64,000 nucleotides of DNA from Acidimicrobiia bacterium (GCA_965215185.1 OZ244034.1:992001-1056000), one strand, 5' to 3'. Positions 47,742 to 58,060 are shown, counted from the first letter of the stretch. The notes: a model not told the origin generated them from the sequence alone. Translations and numbers: made by a program.

Positions 47742-49424
47742 CTAGTTCGCCCGCGCCCTCCTCCGGACTTCGCTGAGCGTGGCGTGCGGGAGCAGCGCCT
47801 CGGGGTCGACCCGCAGATCCAGCACGGCGGGTACGCCAGCGGCGAGTGCCTGCTCGAATGCCGCAGGAAAGTCTTCGGTACGCTCAATCGTTGCGCCGAA
47901 GCCACCGAAGGCCCGGGCGTAGGCGGCGAAGTCGGGGTTGACAAGGTCCGTGCCGCTGGGTCGATCCGGGTAGGTGCGCTCCTGGTGCATTCTGATGGTT
48001 GCGAACATGCCGTTGTTGATCACCAACACGATGATCGCAGCGCCGTACCGCGCCGCCGTGGCCAACTCCTGGGCGGTCATGAGAAAGTCCCCGTCGCCGG
48101 AGAGGGCAACCACCGGAGCATCGGGGCGATAGAGCTTGGCGGCCACCGCGGCCGGCACGGCGTAGCCCATCGCCCCGCTTTGGGGTCCCAACTGGGTCCC
48201 GTACTGCTTGAACCGGTAGTAGCGCTGGAGCCATAGAGCGAAGTTGCCCGCGCCGTTGGTGAATATTGACTCCGGAGGCAGTCGACCGTCCAGGTATTTC
48301 GTCACCTTCCCGAGGTCCAACCCTCCCGGCGCCGGTAGCGGCGACAGCGTCGCTTCGTAGTCGGCGCGTGCCGCCGCAGTCCAGTCCCGCCATGGCGCGG
48401 CGTCGAGGGGCGACATGGTTGAGAGAGCGGCCACCGTCTCCGGAGCCCCTGCGTGGATGCCGAGCGTGGGCCGGTAGACCCGGCCCAACTCGCCTGTGTC
48501 AGGAAGAACATGAACCAGCGTCTGGCGGGGTTGCGGCGGTTCAAGCAACGTGTAGCTACGGGTAGCGGTGTCGCCCAGGCGCGTTCCGATAGCAATGATT
48601 AGGTCGGCGTCGATGATGCGGGCGGCCAAGCTCGTGTCGAGGCCCACGCCGGCGTGACCCACATAGCATGGCGATCGGTTGTCGAGGTAGTCCTGCCGTC
48701 GGAAGGACACCGCCACCGGGAGATTGCTCCGCTCGGCCCACGACGTCAGTGCTGGTCCGCAGTCGGCGTCCCATGTTCCACCGCCGACGATCACCAGCGG
48801 CCGGTTACACCCAGCCAGTAGGGAGCGCAATTCCGCCAGATCCTGTGGGGTCGGCGCTGACCGTTCGGGAGGGGCCGCCACGGGGGAGTCGGGCACCGCA
48901 ACCTCTGCAGCCAGCACGTCCTCGGGCAGCGACACAACCACCGGCCCGGCGCGACCCGCCCGCGCCACCCGGGCGGCCTCGGCAACAACCTCGCTAAGGA
49001 GTTCCGGCCGGTCCACTTCCACTGCCCATTTCGTCAGCGGGGCGAAGAACGCCTCGAAGTTCACTTCCTGGAAGGCACCCCGTCCCCGGTGGGCGGTCGG
49101 GACCTGACCCACGAATAACAGGAGGGGAGTGCCGCTCATATCGGCATTATGTACCGCTACCGAAGCGTGCGCCGCCCCTGGGCCCCGGGTCACGAAAACC
49201 ACCCCCACATCGCCGCGTAACCGGGCGTGCGCTTCGGCCATGATCGCCGCCCCGGATTCGTGGCGGCAGACGACGGTGCGAATCGCCGGTTCGTCGCGCA
49301 GAGCGTCCAACACCGCTAAAAAACTCTCGCCGGGCACTGTGAAGACAGTGTCCACACCGTGGCGGCGGAGTTGATCGACCAGCACCCGCCCGCCGTGACG
49401 CACGGTCGGATCCGAACCCGTCAA
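47742..49424 (-). CDS. Thiamine-diphosphate-dependent enzyme (acetolactate synthase large subunit-like)
   Basis: VPGESFL, RHESGA, TRGPG, GAMGY, GDGDFLM...NN ThDP motif. Confidence 0.9.
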   Translation of the reverse strand: MTGSDPTVRHGGRVLVDQLRRHGVDTVFTVPGESFLAVLDALRDEPAIRTVVCRHESGAAIMAEAHARLRGDVGVVFVTRGPGAAHASVAVHNADMSGTPLLLFVGQVPTAHRGRGAFQEVNFEAFFAPLTKWAVEVDRPELLSEVVAEAARVARAGRAGPVVVSLPEDVLAAEVAVPDSPVAAPPERSAPTPQDLAELRSLLAGCNRPLVIVGGGTWDADCGPALTSWAERSNLPVAVSFRRQDYLDNRSPCYVGHAGVGLDTSLAARIIDADLIIAIGTRLGDTATRSYTLLEPPQPRQTLVHVLPDTGELGRVYRPTLGIHAGAPETVAALSTMSPLDAAPWRDWTAAARADYEATLSPLPAPGGLDLGKVTKYLDGRLPPESIFTNGAGNFALWLQRYYRFKQYGTQLGPQSGAMGYAVPAAVAAKLYRPDAPVVALSGDGDFLMTAQELATAARYGAAIIVLVINNGMFATIRMHQERTYPDRPSGTDLVNPDFAAYARAFGGFGATIERTEDFPAAFEQALAAGVPAVLDLRVDPEALLPHATLSEVRRRARAN

Positions 49425-49675
49425 CCCAGTGGCTCCTCGAGGAACACCCTCGCCCGCGGGCGGATGGGCCGGTCGGCGTGGACGCGGTCGGTGTAAGGGA
49501 ATCTTCGCCTGCCGACGTACTCGATGGGTAGCAGCATTACCCGCACGAGGCCGACTCCTTGGTCACCGACGATTCGGCGTACACCGGCTCGCGGCCGCTC
49601 TTGCACCACTTTGTCGCCCACGAGTTTGCACATACTCTCATCGGCAAACCTCAGCAAGTTCCGGGAGGAGCACTG

Positions 49676-50884
49676 CTAGCGGTTGACTCGGGTGCGGGCT
49701 ACCCAAGCTTGCAGTTGGTCAACGGTTGGCTCCAGCAGGGTTAGTTCGGCGGATGCGGTTCCGGGCAGATCAGGGTCTTTAATCCCTGTCGATGTGCTGA
49801 TGGCAACCGTCAAGCCCGAGGCGCTAGCCGCAATATCGCGAGCTGCCGCAATCGCAACGGCAGACGAGATCTCCACATACAAGCCGTTCTCGCGCCCCAC
49901 TCGTTCCCTTTCGGCCAGATACCTGTCCTGATCGACCGCCGCGGCGTGCCCGCCGGAGCTACGCAGAACATTGAGGCCTTGCCAGTATGCATAGGTGTTC
50001 CCGATGGACCAGGCCGGAGATTCATGCCGTACTACCCGGGTTCGTTCCTGCGAGTTCGGATCCGGATCGGAGAGGGCCTTGGTAAAGGCTGCACCGGTGC
50101 TGGCTTCCGCGGCCACCAGAGCAGGCATCTTTTTAATGAGACCGGATGCGTGCAATTCTTGGAAACCGCGCCCGATTCCGGACAGGACATCACCCTTAGA
50201 GGTGGGGACGACAACGGTTTCGAGGTCGTCTCCATGGTCCCGGGCGAGTTCATAGGCGATGCTCTTGAAACCCTCGTTCCCGTAAGGGTTGCCACCCACT
50301 CGATCATCGGTAAATGCGGCCGGATACCAGCGGAGTTCCTTGACAGCCGCCTTTAACATGCGGTTGCGGTCGGCGGTTGACCGGTAGCCGATGAACGTGG
50401 CGCCGACACCGGCCAGCAGTTTTTCCATCACGGGGGGGATGCCAACGGTGGTCAGCACTATGCATTCCATCCCCGCCCGGGCTGAGTAGGCAGCGGCCGC
50501 CGCTCCGGCATTTCCACTGGAAGCCACCACCACGGTGGTCGCGCCGAGCTCCCGGGCCTTGGTCAGGGCGGCGCTCATACCACGGTCTTTGTGGGACCAG
50601 GTCGGGTTCGCTGCTTCGTTCTTGATCGCCAGCGGGCCGGAGCCCCGATCGGTGTGGAGTGAAACACTGGGTGTATTCCCCTCGCCGAGTGTCACCGGCT
50701 CCACGTGAGAGGCAATAGGGAGGGTTTCCCGCCACTCATAGAGGCCTCCTCGGAAGTTTCCGAGGTCATAGCCGGTGAGGTCCGCTAGGGGAGGGGCCAA
50801 GTTGACGAAGACGCCTTCTTCAGGGCAGACCGCACACCCCTCGTAGCCGGAGCCGGGTTTACCACATCTCGGGCAATGCAGCAT
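49676..50884 (-). CDS. Threonine synthase-like PLP-dependent enzyme (fold type II)
   Basis: N-terminal CPRC..C..C, LGEGNTP, KNEAANPTWSHKDR (PLP Lys), ASSGNAG, EGFKSIAYE. Confidence 0.85.
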   Translation of the reverse strand: MLHCPRCGKPGSGYEGCAVCPEEGVFVNLAPPLADLTGYDLGNFRGGLYEWRETLPIASHVEPVTLGEGNTPSVSLHTDRGSGPLAIKNEAANPTWSHKDRGMSAALTKARELGATTVVVASSGNAGAAAAAYSARAGMECIVLTTVGIPPVMEKLLAGVGATFIGYRSTADRNRMLKAAVKELRWYPAAFTDDRVGGNPYGNEGFKSIAYELARDHGDDLETVVVPTSKGDVLSGIGRGFQELHASGLIKKMPALVAAEASTGAAFTKALSDPDPNSQERTRVVRHESPAWSIGNTYAYWQGLNVLRSSGGHAAAVDQDRYLAERERVGRENGLYVEISSAVAIAAARDIAASASGLTVAISTSTGIKDPDLPGTASAELTLLEPTVDQLQAWVARTRVNR

Positions 50885-51888
50885 CACGCCGGGTCCTTCT
50901 GAGCGATCTCGATGGGGTGCCAGCAGGCATACATGTGTTCCTTCCCTTCCAGTTGGGGTGTGGATGTTTGACACTTGGAGTCGTCACAGCGCTCACATCG
51001 GGGATGAAATGAGCACCCTGCCGGACGCTGCGATGGTTGGGGAGGCTCTCCCTTCAGGGTGGTGCGGGTTCGCTTCTGTGTCTGGTTGACCGACGGTATG
51101 GCGGAGATCAGTGCCTTGGTGTAAGGGTGGCGAGGCTGGCCGAAGACATCCGCCACCGGGCCCTGCTCGACGATACGACCCAGGTACATCACGGCTATCT
51201 CGTCACACACCTGCTCCAGAACGGAAAGGTCATGTGAAACCAGGACAACGGCTACCCCTCGGTCTCGGGCGGCCTTACCTATCAGGGACAGGATCTCCCC
51301 TCGGGTGGATACGTCCAACATCGAGACCGGCTCGTCGGCGATGATCACATTCGGGTCCAGCACCAGGGCCCTGGCAATGGCCACCCGTTGTCGTTCACCT
51401 CCCGACATTTGACTCGGCATCCGGTAGCTGAATATGTCCGGGTCGAGTTCGGCATCAGCGAGGGCGGCTCGAACCCGACGTTCCACCTCCGGTTTGTCTT
51501 TGACTCCCTGTGACTTCAGAGGCTCCGCGACGCTGTCGAAAACGGTAAACCGTGGGTTCAGGGAGTCGTATGGATCTTGGAAGATCAGTTGCACGGCCGA
51601 CCGAACCAGCCGCCACTCTGTCTGGTCGAGTTCGGCCACTTGCATGCCGTGGATGGTGATCGTTCCGTTGCTAACCGGGGCGAGGCCAGTGAGCGCTCTG
51701 GCCAGGGTGGTCTTTCCTGAACCGCTCTCGCCGGCGACCCCAAACACGGTGCCCGGTTGGATCGTCAAATTGATGTCCTGAATGATCTGAACCTGATGCT
51801 TTTTCAGCAGGGTGGACAATCCGCGAGCGGAACTATATACGACTGTGACGTTGCGTACGTCAATTGCGGCGGTTGGGGGGCTACCCAC
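50884..51888 (-). CDS. ABC ATPase (OppF-like); start uncertain (51888 or 51948)
   Basis: [38 protein letters not shown]. Confidence 0.9.
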   Translation of the reverse strand: MGSPPTAAIDVRNVTVVYSSARGLSTLLKKHQVQIIQDINLTIQPGTVFGVAGESGSGKTTLARALTGLAPVSNGTITIHGMQVAELDQTEWRLVRSAVQLIFQDPYDSLNPRFTVFDSVAEPLKSQGVKDKPEVERRVRAALADAELDPDIFSYRMPSQMSGGERQRVAIARALVLDPNVIIADEPVSMLDVSTRGEILSLIGKAARDRGVAVVLVSHDLSVLEQVCDEIAVMYLGRIVEQGPVADVFGQPRHPYTKALISAIPSVNQTQKRTRTTLKGEPPQPSQRPAGCSFHPRCERCDDSKCQTSTPQLEGKEHMYACWHPIEIAQKDPA

Positions 51889-53698
51889 CTGGGGCGTTCC
51901 TGTTTGGTGCTCCCGCTGGTGGCGTTGATGATCCGTGGGCGCTTCCAATCAGCATCCTGGTATACGGGTCTTGGGGGTTGGACACCACCAGATCAGTAGG
52001 CCCGGCTTCAACGACATCACCGTCCTTCATGACTATCAAGGCAGAGCAGGTCTCGGCAACCAGGGCAAGATCGTGGCTCACGATGATGATCGCCGTTCCC
52101 AGTTCCTCACGCACGCGTTCGAGGTCAGCCATAATCTGGTCCTGCACGACCACGTCGAGTCCGGTGGTTGGCTCGTCGGCGACCAGGACCGTTGGCTCCA
52201 GAACCTTGGCCATCGCAATGAGGGCCCTTTGTCTCATACCGCCGCTGTACTGATGCGGGTAGAGCTTGCCGCGAGCCGGGTTGATCCCCACCTGCTGTAG
52301 CGCGGTTGCACACATATCCCTTGCTTCGCTGCGGGTCACATCGCGGTGAACCCGGATCGCTTCGATGATCTGGTTCTCGATCCGTTGCACTGGGTTCAGG
52401 GAGTTCATCGCTGACTGCGGCACGAACGCGAGGTGCTCCCATCGCAGTGAGCGAAGTTCCCGCTCGCTGATTCCATAAAGGTCGCGGCCTTCAAACCACA
52501 GGCGTCCGCTGACGTCCGCGGTTGGGGGGAGTAGTCGAAGAAGGGCGCGAACGGCCGTGGTCTTGCCGGAGCCGCTCTCGCCGACGATGCCGATCATCTC
52601 GCCGGCGTCGAGCCGGAAAGAGATGCCCTTTACGGCCTGAATCTGTTTTTCCTCCGGAGTGCGAGGCTGGTAAGTCACCGCTAGGTTTTCTACGGCAATC
52701 AAGGAATCTGGGGGGCTGCCGTCAACCGAGAGGGACGCGCTTTGTTTCGAAGCCCGCCGGTCGCGGCGGGTAGACATGCCGATGTTGGGACTGTCCGTTT
52801 GTCTGAGGGCACGCTGAATTCCTCGACCGACGCTGTACACCGAGTACATGAAGACCATGAGCGCCAGCCCGGGAAACATCGGCCACCACCACGCCACCCT
52901 CATTCTCTGAGACGTGAAGGCATCGAACATGATGGTGCCCCACGAGAGCGAATCCGGCGGCGCGAAACCGAGGAAGCTCAGAGAAGCCTCTGCCATCACC
53001 GCCTCGGCAATGAGCAACATGCCGTAGACGAGGGTAAGCGCCAGGACATTGGGCGCGATGTGCGTATAGAGCACGCGGCGAGGAGAGGCTCCACCGGCAA
53101 TGGCGGCTTTCACGAAGGTTCGTTCCTTGGTTGTAAGCACCTGGGATCGAATTACGCGTGCCGTGGTGCGCCAGAACAGGAGTCCAATCACCGCTATCAG
53201 GATCAAGTCGGTGCGCCCAACGATTCCCACCAAAACGATGGCGAACGGCAGGAAGGGCAGAGCGTAGGCGGCGTCCGTTGTCCGCATCAGCAGGTTGTCG
53301 ACGCGACCACCGCGAAAACCAGCGATCAGTCCCACGTTGGTGCCTATGAAGACCGCCATGAAGGCGGCGATGGCCCCGACCGTTATAGTCCGCCGGGTTC
53401 CGACGATCAACTGGCTGAGGATGTCGCGACCGAAGTTGGTGGTGCCCATCCAATAGTCTCGTTGCGGTGGCAACAGCCTGGCCAGTTCTCCGTCGGCAGT
53501 ACGGAGTCGCTCCTGCGGATCGTAGGGGGCGATGATCGGGGCAAAGATGGCCACCACCACAATCAGGCCGAAAATGATCAGGCCAACCCGCACGTTATTT
53601 TCTCTCAGCGCCTTTCGGATCGGGCTGGGAGGCCGAGCAACGCGGTTGGAGGAGGTGTGCTCGGCATTGGCGGCGGGGTCGGTCTGACGCTCGGTCAT
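51881..53698 (-). CDS. Fused ABC permease (DppC-like) plus ATPase (DppD-like)
   Basis: N-half GTTNFGRD, HIAPN, EASLSFLG, SWG; C-half [25 protein letters not shown]. Confidence 0.9.
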   Translation of the reverse strand: MTERQTDPAANAEHTSSNRVARPPSPIRKALRENNVRVGLIIFGLIVVVAIFAPIIAPYDPQERLRTADGELARLLPPQRDYWMGTTNFGRDILSQLIVGTRRTITVGAIAAFMAVFIGTNVGLIAGFRGGRVDNLLMRTTDAAYALPFLPFAIVLVGIVGRTDLILIAVIGLLFWRTTARVIRSQVLTTKERTFVKAAIAGGASPRRVLYTHIAPNVLALTLVYGMLLIAEAVMAEASLSFLGFAPPDSLSWGTIMFDAFTSQRMRVAWWWPMFPGLALMVFMYSVYSVGRGIQRALRQTDSPNIGMSTRRDRRASKQSASLSVDGSPPDSLIAVENLAVTYQPRTPEEKQIQAVKGISFRLDAGEMIGIVGESGSGKTTAVRALLRLLPPTADVSGRLWFEGRDLYGISERELRSLRWEHLAFVPQSAMNSLNPVQRIENQIIEAIRVHRDVTRSEARDMCATALQQVGINPARGKLYPHQYSGGMRQRALIAMAKVLEPTVLVADEPTTGLDVVVQDQIMADLERVREELGTAIIIVSHDLALVAETCSALIVMKDGDVVEAGPTDLVVSNPQDPYTRMLIGSAHGSSTPPAGAPNRNAPGG

Positions 53699-54663
53699 GT
53701 CAGACGGACCCTCGGGTCCAGATACGTATACAGGATGTCTGCAAAGGCATTAACCATGATTGCCAGCGCCGCGATCGCCATGAAGGTTCCCTGCATCATG
53801 GGATAGTCGAAGCGGTTGACCGCATCAACTATCTCTCGGCCCATTCCCGGCCAGGAGAAGACGATCTCGATGATCACGGACCCTGCTATGAGGTGACCGG
53901 CGATCGACGGAATAAGGCTGACCATGGGCAATAGGGAGTTCCGCGCGGCGTGGAGGGTGATCCGGGATCGGGAGAATCCCTTGGCATGACCGAACTCGAC
54001 GAAGTCGTCGTTGAGTACCTCGGTCATCGAGGTTCTCATGGTCAGCAGAGGCTCGACAGTGAAGATTGCCGCCAGGATCACCAACGGCAGTATCAGGTGG
54101 GACAGTACGTCGCCTGTGAAGAATCGCTGGAATCCTTCGATACGAGGGGCTCCCGGGGTTGTCATGCCGCCCGATGGGGTGAGCCCCAGCCACAGGCTGA
54201 ACATAACCAGCGCCATCGTGGCGATCCAGAACGACGGCGCCGACTTCACAGAAAGGAAAAACTGTGTGATGAGGCGGTCGATGCGTGAGTGTGGACGCGC
54301 CGCTGTGTACGAGCCCAGCAAGGCGCCGAGGGCAAAGGCGATCAGCATTGCGGGCAGGACCAGCACGGCCGTATTTGCCAGCTTCTCGGCCAGTACCGTC
54401 GACACCGGTACCCGGTAGCGAAAAGACATACCCAGGTCGCCCTGGACCGCATTGGTCAGGTACGACCAGTACTGCACTCCCAGGGAGCGATCTAGTCCGA
54501 AGGACGCACGAATGGAGTCGGCGGCGCTGGCCTCGATCTCGGGTCCGATCAGCACCAGACTGGGATCGCCAGGCACCGCCCGGAACAAGAAAAACGTCAC
54601 GGTGATGACAATCCACAGAGTGAACAACATAACGCCGAGCCGTTTTGTCAGGTACTGGGTCAC
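53695..54663 (-). CDS. ABC permease (DppB-like)
   Basis: PGDP, GDLGMSF, HAARNSLLP, IEIVFSWPGMG, DYPMMQG, LDPRV. Confidence 0.93.
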   Translation of the reverse strand: MTQYLTKRLGVMLFTLWIVITVTFFLFRAVPGDPSLVLIGPEIEASAADSIRASFGLDRSLGVQYWSYLTNAVQGDLGMSFRYRVPVSTVLAEKLANTAVLVLPAMLIAFALGALLGSYTAARPHSRIDRLITQFFLSVKSAPSFWIATMALVMFSLWLGLTPSGGMTTPGAPRIEGFQRFFTGDVLSHLILPLVILAAIFTVEPLLTMRTSMTEVLNDDFVEFGHAKGFSRSRITLHAARNSLLPMVSLIPSIAGHLIAGSVIIEIVFSWPGMGREIVDAVNRFDYPMMQGTFMAIAALAIMVNAFADILYTYLDPRVRLT

Positions 54664-54692
54664 CTAATCCCTCTTTCATCTATTAAAGACGT

Positions 54693-54722
54693 GGGGCAGG
54701 CAGCCGAGTGGCCGCCTGCCCC
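54693..54722. terminator. Stem-loop downstream of the solute-binding gene (partial terminator or mRNA stabiliser)
   Basis: ggggcaggc...gcctgcccc 9-bp perfect stem in the SBP-permease spacer; no clear U-tract. Confidence 0.55.
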
Positions 54723-54755
54723 AAATGCTATTCGGACAACGCTATCGGGCAACGC

Positions 54756-56486
54756 TTATGATGCGCAGAAGCTCATGTCTCGATTGTCCGCATCTGACGG
54801 TGGATAGTAGAGGGTCCCGTCGTCACCGAACACATACCCGGCCGCCTCCAAGTGGGAGCGAGCAGCGTCGACGTCGTATGGGACGGGTCCCACATCGGGA
54901 TTGGCCCACAACGGAGGAGCGATGATCCCCTTGGAGACCGCCGCCACGCCCTCGTACACGATGTCGATCATGTCCTCGGTGGGAACCAGATACGACAGCG
55001 CGATCCGCATGTGCAGGTCGCAGAAGGGCTCGCGCCGCATGTTGTAGTGCAGGGCGTTGACACCGTGTCCGGTGTTGGACTCGATGGAAACTCCCTCGAC
55101 GCCTTCGATCAACGACAACTGGGTCAGGCTGACGAAGTCGCCCAGAACGTCGATTTCTTGGGTCTCGATTGCCGCCAGCAATCCATCCAGACTTCCGAAG
55201 ACCGCCCATATCAGACCTGATGCGGCCGGTGGGCTGAAGTGATCGGTATGTGCCATCAACCGCAGGTCCTCACCGAGTGCCCTCGACTCGAACTTGAACG
55301 GACCGGAGCCAACCGGCTCGTCATTGGCAAAGGCCGACGGGTCATCGATAGCAGACCAGATGTGCTCGGGAAGGATCGGGACCTGTGCCAGCGCCGTGGT
55401 GGCGAAAGCCGCGTTGGGCGCCGAAAGGGTGATCTCCACATTGTTGCCGTCGGCTGTCACCGACTCGACCGGCCCCAGGCGTCCTCCGTACAGCGGGGAC
55501 TCCTTTTCAACCAGGTAGTTGAAGGTGAAGGCCACGTCTTGGCCGGTAACCGCTTCGCCGTCGTGGAAGGTCATGCCGTCCCGCAGCGTCACGGACACCG
55601 TGGCGCCGTCGATGCTGTAGTCCGAGGCCGCCCAGTTGACCAGGTCACCGTCGGGACCGATCCGCAGCAGCGGGTCGTACATGTGAGCGATGGTGACTGC
55701 GGCTTCCGATGTAGCTGCAACGACCGGGTTGAGCGTATCAGCCCCGGACGTGAGGCCGATAACCAGCGGATCAGAGTGGCCGACGGGGGTCAAGCTGATC
55801 GCGTTCCAGAAGTGATAAACGGGCGTTCCCACCGACTTGACGAAGTTCGTCCATTCGGCGCTGTTGTATGCCCCGCCGATCACGATATGGATGAAGGGCG
55901 CCACCGGCTGATGATCGAAGAGCAGTTGCTGCATCTCGTGCACCGCGGCCAGCCGTTCCTCGAAGCTGGTGGCATTGACCTGAGTCTGGTAGAGATCGTC
56001 GTAGGCCGGGTTGGTATAGCCGGAGAGATTGGAGCCGTCTATTACCGCCTTGCCGGTGGTGAACCGGGCCAGGAAGTTCTCCGGATCCAAGCGGTCGGTG
56101 GTCGGGTCGTAGATGATGATGTAGACATCGAAGTCCTTGACCGTGAAGCCACGCCGTCCGAGCTCGGAGCTTTCGAGCGGCTCGATCTCGGCCGGGATGC
56201 CGGCGGCAGTCCACGACTCGGCAATTAGGCGAGCCTGTTCATACCGCGGCGGCCCTTCGGCGGCCGTCTTGGTGATGATCCGCAGCGTCGGCACCGGGCG
56301 CAGTTCCTCAGCCTCCTCCATGGGTGCCTCGGTGGTGGTGGGCGCTTCAGCGGCGGCGGCGGTGGTGGTTGGTGCTGCGGTCGGTGCGGTTTCCTCTTCA
56401 CCGCCGCATGCGGCCGCAATCAGCGCGAAGACGGCGAAATACGCCACCCAGCGGGACCATTGCGGTCTCTTGTATTGCAGGTTCAT
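54756..56486 (-). CDS. ABC substrate-binding lipoprotein, family 5, apparently circularly permuted
   Basis: IAAAC lipobox; family-5 motifs are present but the normally C-terminal block precedes LRDGMTFHDG/GSGPF. Confidence 0.85.
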   Translation of the reverse strand: MNLQYKRPQWSRWVAYFAVFALIAAACGGEEETAPTAAPTTTAAAAEAPTTTEAPMEEAEELRPVPTLRIITKTAAEGPPRYEQARLIAESWTAAGIPAEIEPLESSELGRRGFTVKDFDVYIIIYDPTTDRLDPENFLARFTTGKAVIDGSNLSGYTNPAYDDLYQTQVNATSFEERLAAVHEMQQLLFDHQPVAPFIHIVIGGAYNSAEWTNFVKSVGTPVYHFWNAISLTPVGHSDPLVIGLTSGADTLNPVVAATSEAAVTIAHMYDPLLRIGPDGDLVNWAASDYSIDGATVSVTLRDGMTFHDGEAVTGQDVAFTFNYLVEKESPLYGGRLGPVESVTADGNNVEITLSAPNAAFATTALAQVPILPEHIWSAIDDPSAFANDEPVGSGPFKFESRALGEDLRLMAHTDHFSPPAASGLIWAVFGSLDGLLAAIETQEIDVLGDFVSLTQLSLIEGVEGVSIESNTGHGVNALHYNMRREPFCDLHMRIALSYLVPTEDMIDIVYEGVAAVSKGIIAPPLWANPDVGPVPYDVDAARSHLEAAGYVFGDDGTLYYPPSDADNRDMSFCAS

Positions 56487-56558
56487 TGTGTTTCTCCTTT
56501 AACCAGGATCCGTGAGCATTTGTTGTGGCTGCTCTCAAGGTCGCAGTCATGTGTCGGG

Positions 56559-57806
56559 TTATCTTTGATGGGTGATCTCGTCGGTGGGTTGGGCTGGGGA
56601 GACGGCGGTTGCGATGTAAGAATCGATGTTCTCGTCGAACCGCTCGGAAGCCATGAAATTGACCGAATCTATAGCCTCGACGTGAACGAATGCCTCATCC
56701 AGGAACCGCACTTTACGTTGGAGAGTCTTCTGCACAACTTCTCCAACGGTATGGCCGTCTCCCACTGAGAGTCTCGAGTCGACGCCGATCGAGATGTCGG
56801 AGCGGACACGGTGCCCCATCCACCTCACCTGGCAACTGTTGACGCTGAGCACCCCTTTGACCGAGATCGCGACGCTTTCGATCTCGTCAACCAACTCCGG
56901 CTGGACGGCGTCCATGAGTCGTCCGTAGATGTCACGCGCCGCCGACCACATGACGCGCAGGATCACGATACCCACGATGATGCCTGCGATTGGGTCGGCA
57001 CGTTCAAAGCCCAGCCAAACACCGACCGCACTGGCGGCCACCGCCAACGAAGTGAACCCGTCAGCACGGGCATGACGTCCGTCGGCGATGAGAGCTGCCG
57101 AACCGATCGCCCTCCCGACGCGAATGCGATATAGGGCTACCAGTTCATTGCCGAGAAAACCCACTACTCCAGCGCCAAAGAGCACACCGAGGTGTTCGAG
57201 TTCGCGTGGATTGAAGAGCCGATCAATCGACTCCCAGAGAACCACGACCGCCGATATGAGGATCATCAACACCACAAAAAGCCCGGCAAGATCCTCCGCT
57301 CGGCGATACCCGTAGGTGTAGCGACGGGTCGCTGCCCTCCTCCCCATCCGAAACGCTATGAATAGAGGCACAGCGGTGAGTGCGTCCGAGAAGTTGTGAA
57401 TGGTATCAGCGATCAGGGACACCGAACCGGTGATCAAGACAATCCACGCCTGGATCACCGCGGTCACCATCAATACGGAGAACGAGATAATGAGCGCCCG
57501 GATACCCCGAGCGCTGCTTTCAAGGGCGCTGTCGATTGACTCGGCAGGGTCATGTGAGTGCATTCCGAACAACTCGCTCAATCCATGCTTGATCCCCGAC
57601 CAAAGCGAGTTTTTGGAGTCATGGCTGTGAGGGTGATCATGCCCGTGGCTATCTGCATGGGAATGTGACGACTTCGGGCCGGACTCGCCTAGGGAATGTG
57701 CGTGTGGCTTTTCCTCCGACCCGTTGTCCTTAGCGGACGGGGCGAATAGACCTCCCCCTGATTGAGGGTCGGTGTCGTGTTGGTGATCTGATCCCGTATC
57801 TTCCAC
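56559..57806 (-). CDS. Cation diffusion facilitator (CDF) transporter with His-rich N-terminus
   Basis: SHSHADSHGHDHPHSH, HSHD, SLIADTIHNFSD, YTYGYRRAEDLAG, ADGRHARADG, ADP. Confidence 0.92.
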   Translation of the reverse strand: MEDTGSDHQHDTDPQSGGGLFAPSAKDNGSEEKPHAHSLGESGPKSSHSHADSHGHDHPHSHDSKNSLWSGIKHGLSELFGMHSHDPAESIDSALESSARGIRALIISFSVLMVTAVIQAWIVLITGSVSLIADTIHNFSDALTAVPLFIAFRMGRRAATRRYTYGYRRAEDLAGLFVVLMILISAVVVLWESIDRLFNPRELEHLGVLFGAGVVGFLGNELVALYRIRVGRAIGSAALIADGRHARADGFTSLAVAASAVGVWLGFERADPIAGIIVGIVILRVMWSAARDIYGRLMDAVQPELVDEIESVAISVKGVLSVNSCQVRWMGHRVRSDISIGVDSRLSVGDGHTVGEVVQKTLQRKVRFLDEAFVHVEAIDSVNFMASERFDENIDSYIATAVSPAQPTDEITHQR

Positions 57807-57875
57807 CTTAACTCCCTTAATTCCGAAATTGCGTGCGGACGTTATTGCGACACCTACTATATTCCCATTAGATCA

Positions 57876-57898
57876 CAGTTGCAACTGATAGCAATAAA
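57876..57898. promoter_or_regulatory. Palindromic candidate metalloregulator operator upstream of the CDF gene
   Basis: Perfect 12-bp palindrome cagttgcaactg (57876-57887) within ttgcaactgatagcaataa. Confidence 0.4.
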
Positions 57899-58060
57899 TA
57901 GAAAGATGGCCGCCAGGGGATAGGGATTGGGTGTTGAAAGGACCTCCCTCGCACGAGGTGTCTTGTTGGTGGTCAAGTGCTGTTGCCTTCCAGGAGACCG
58001 CCTCGCCCCCGCCTGGGATGTTCTCGACGCCACCACTCCAGCCACCTTTAGACTGGAGGT

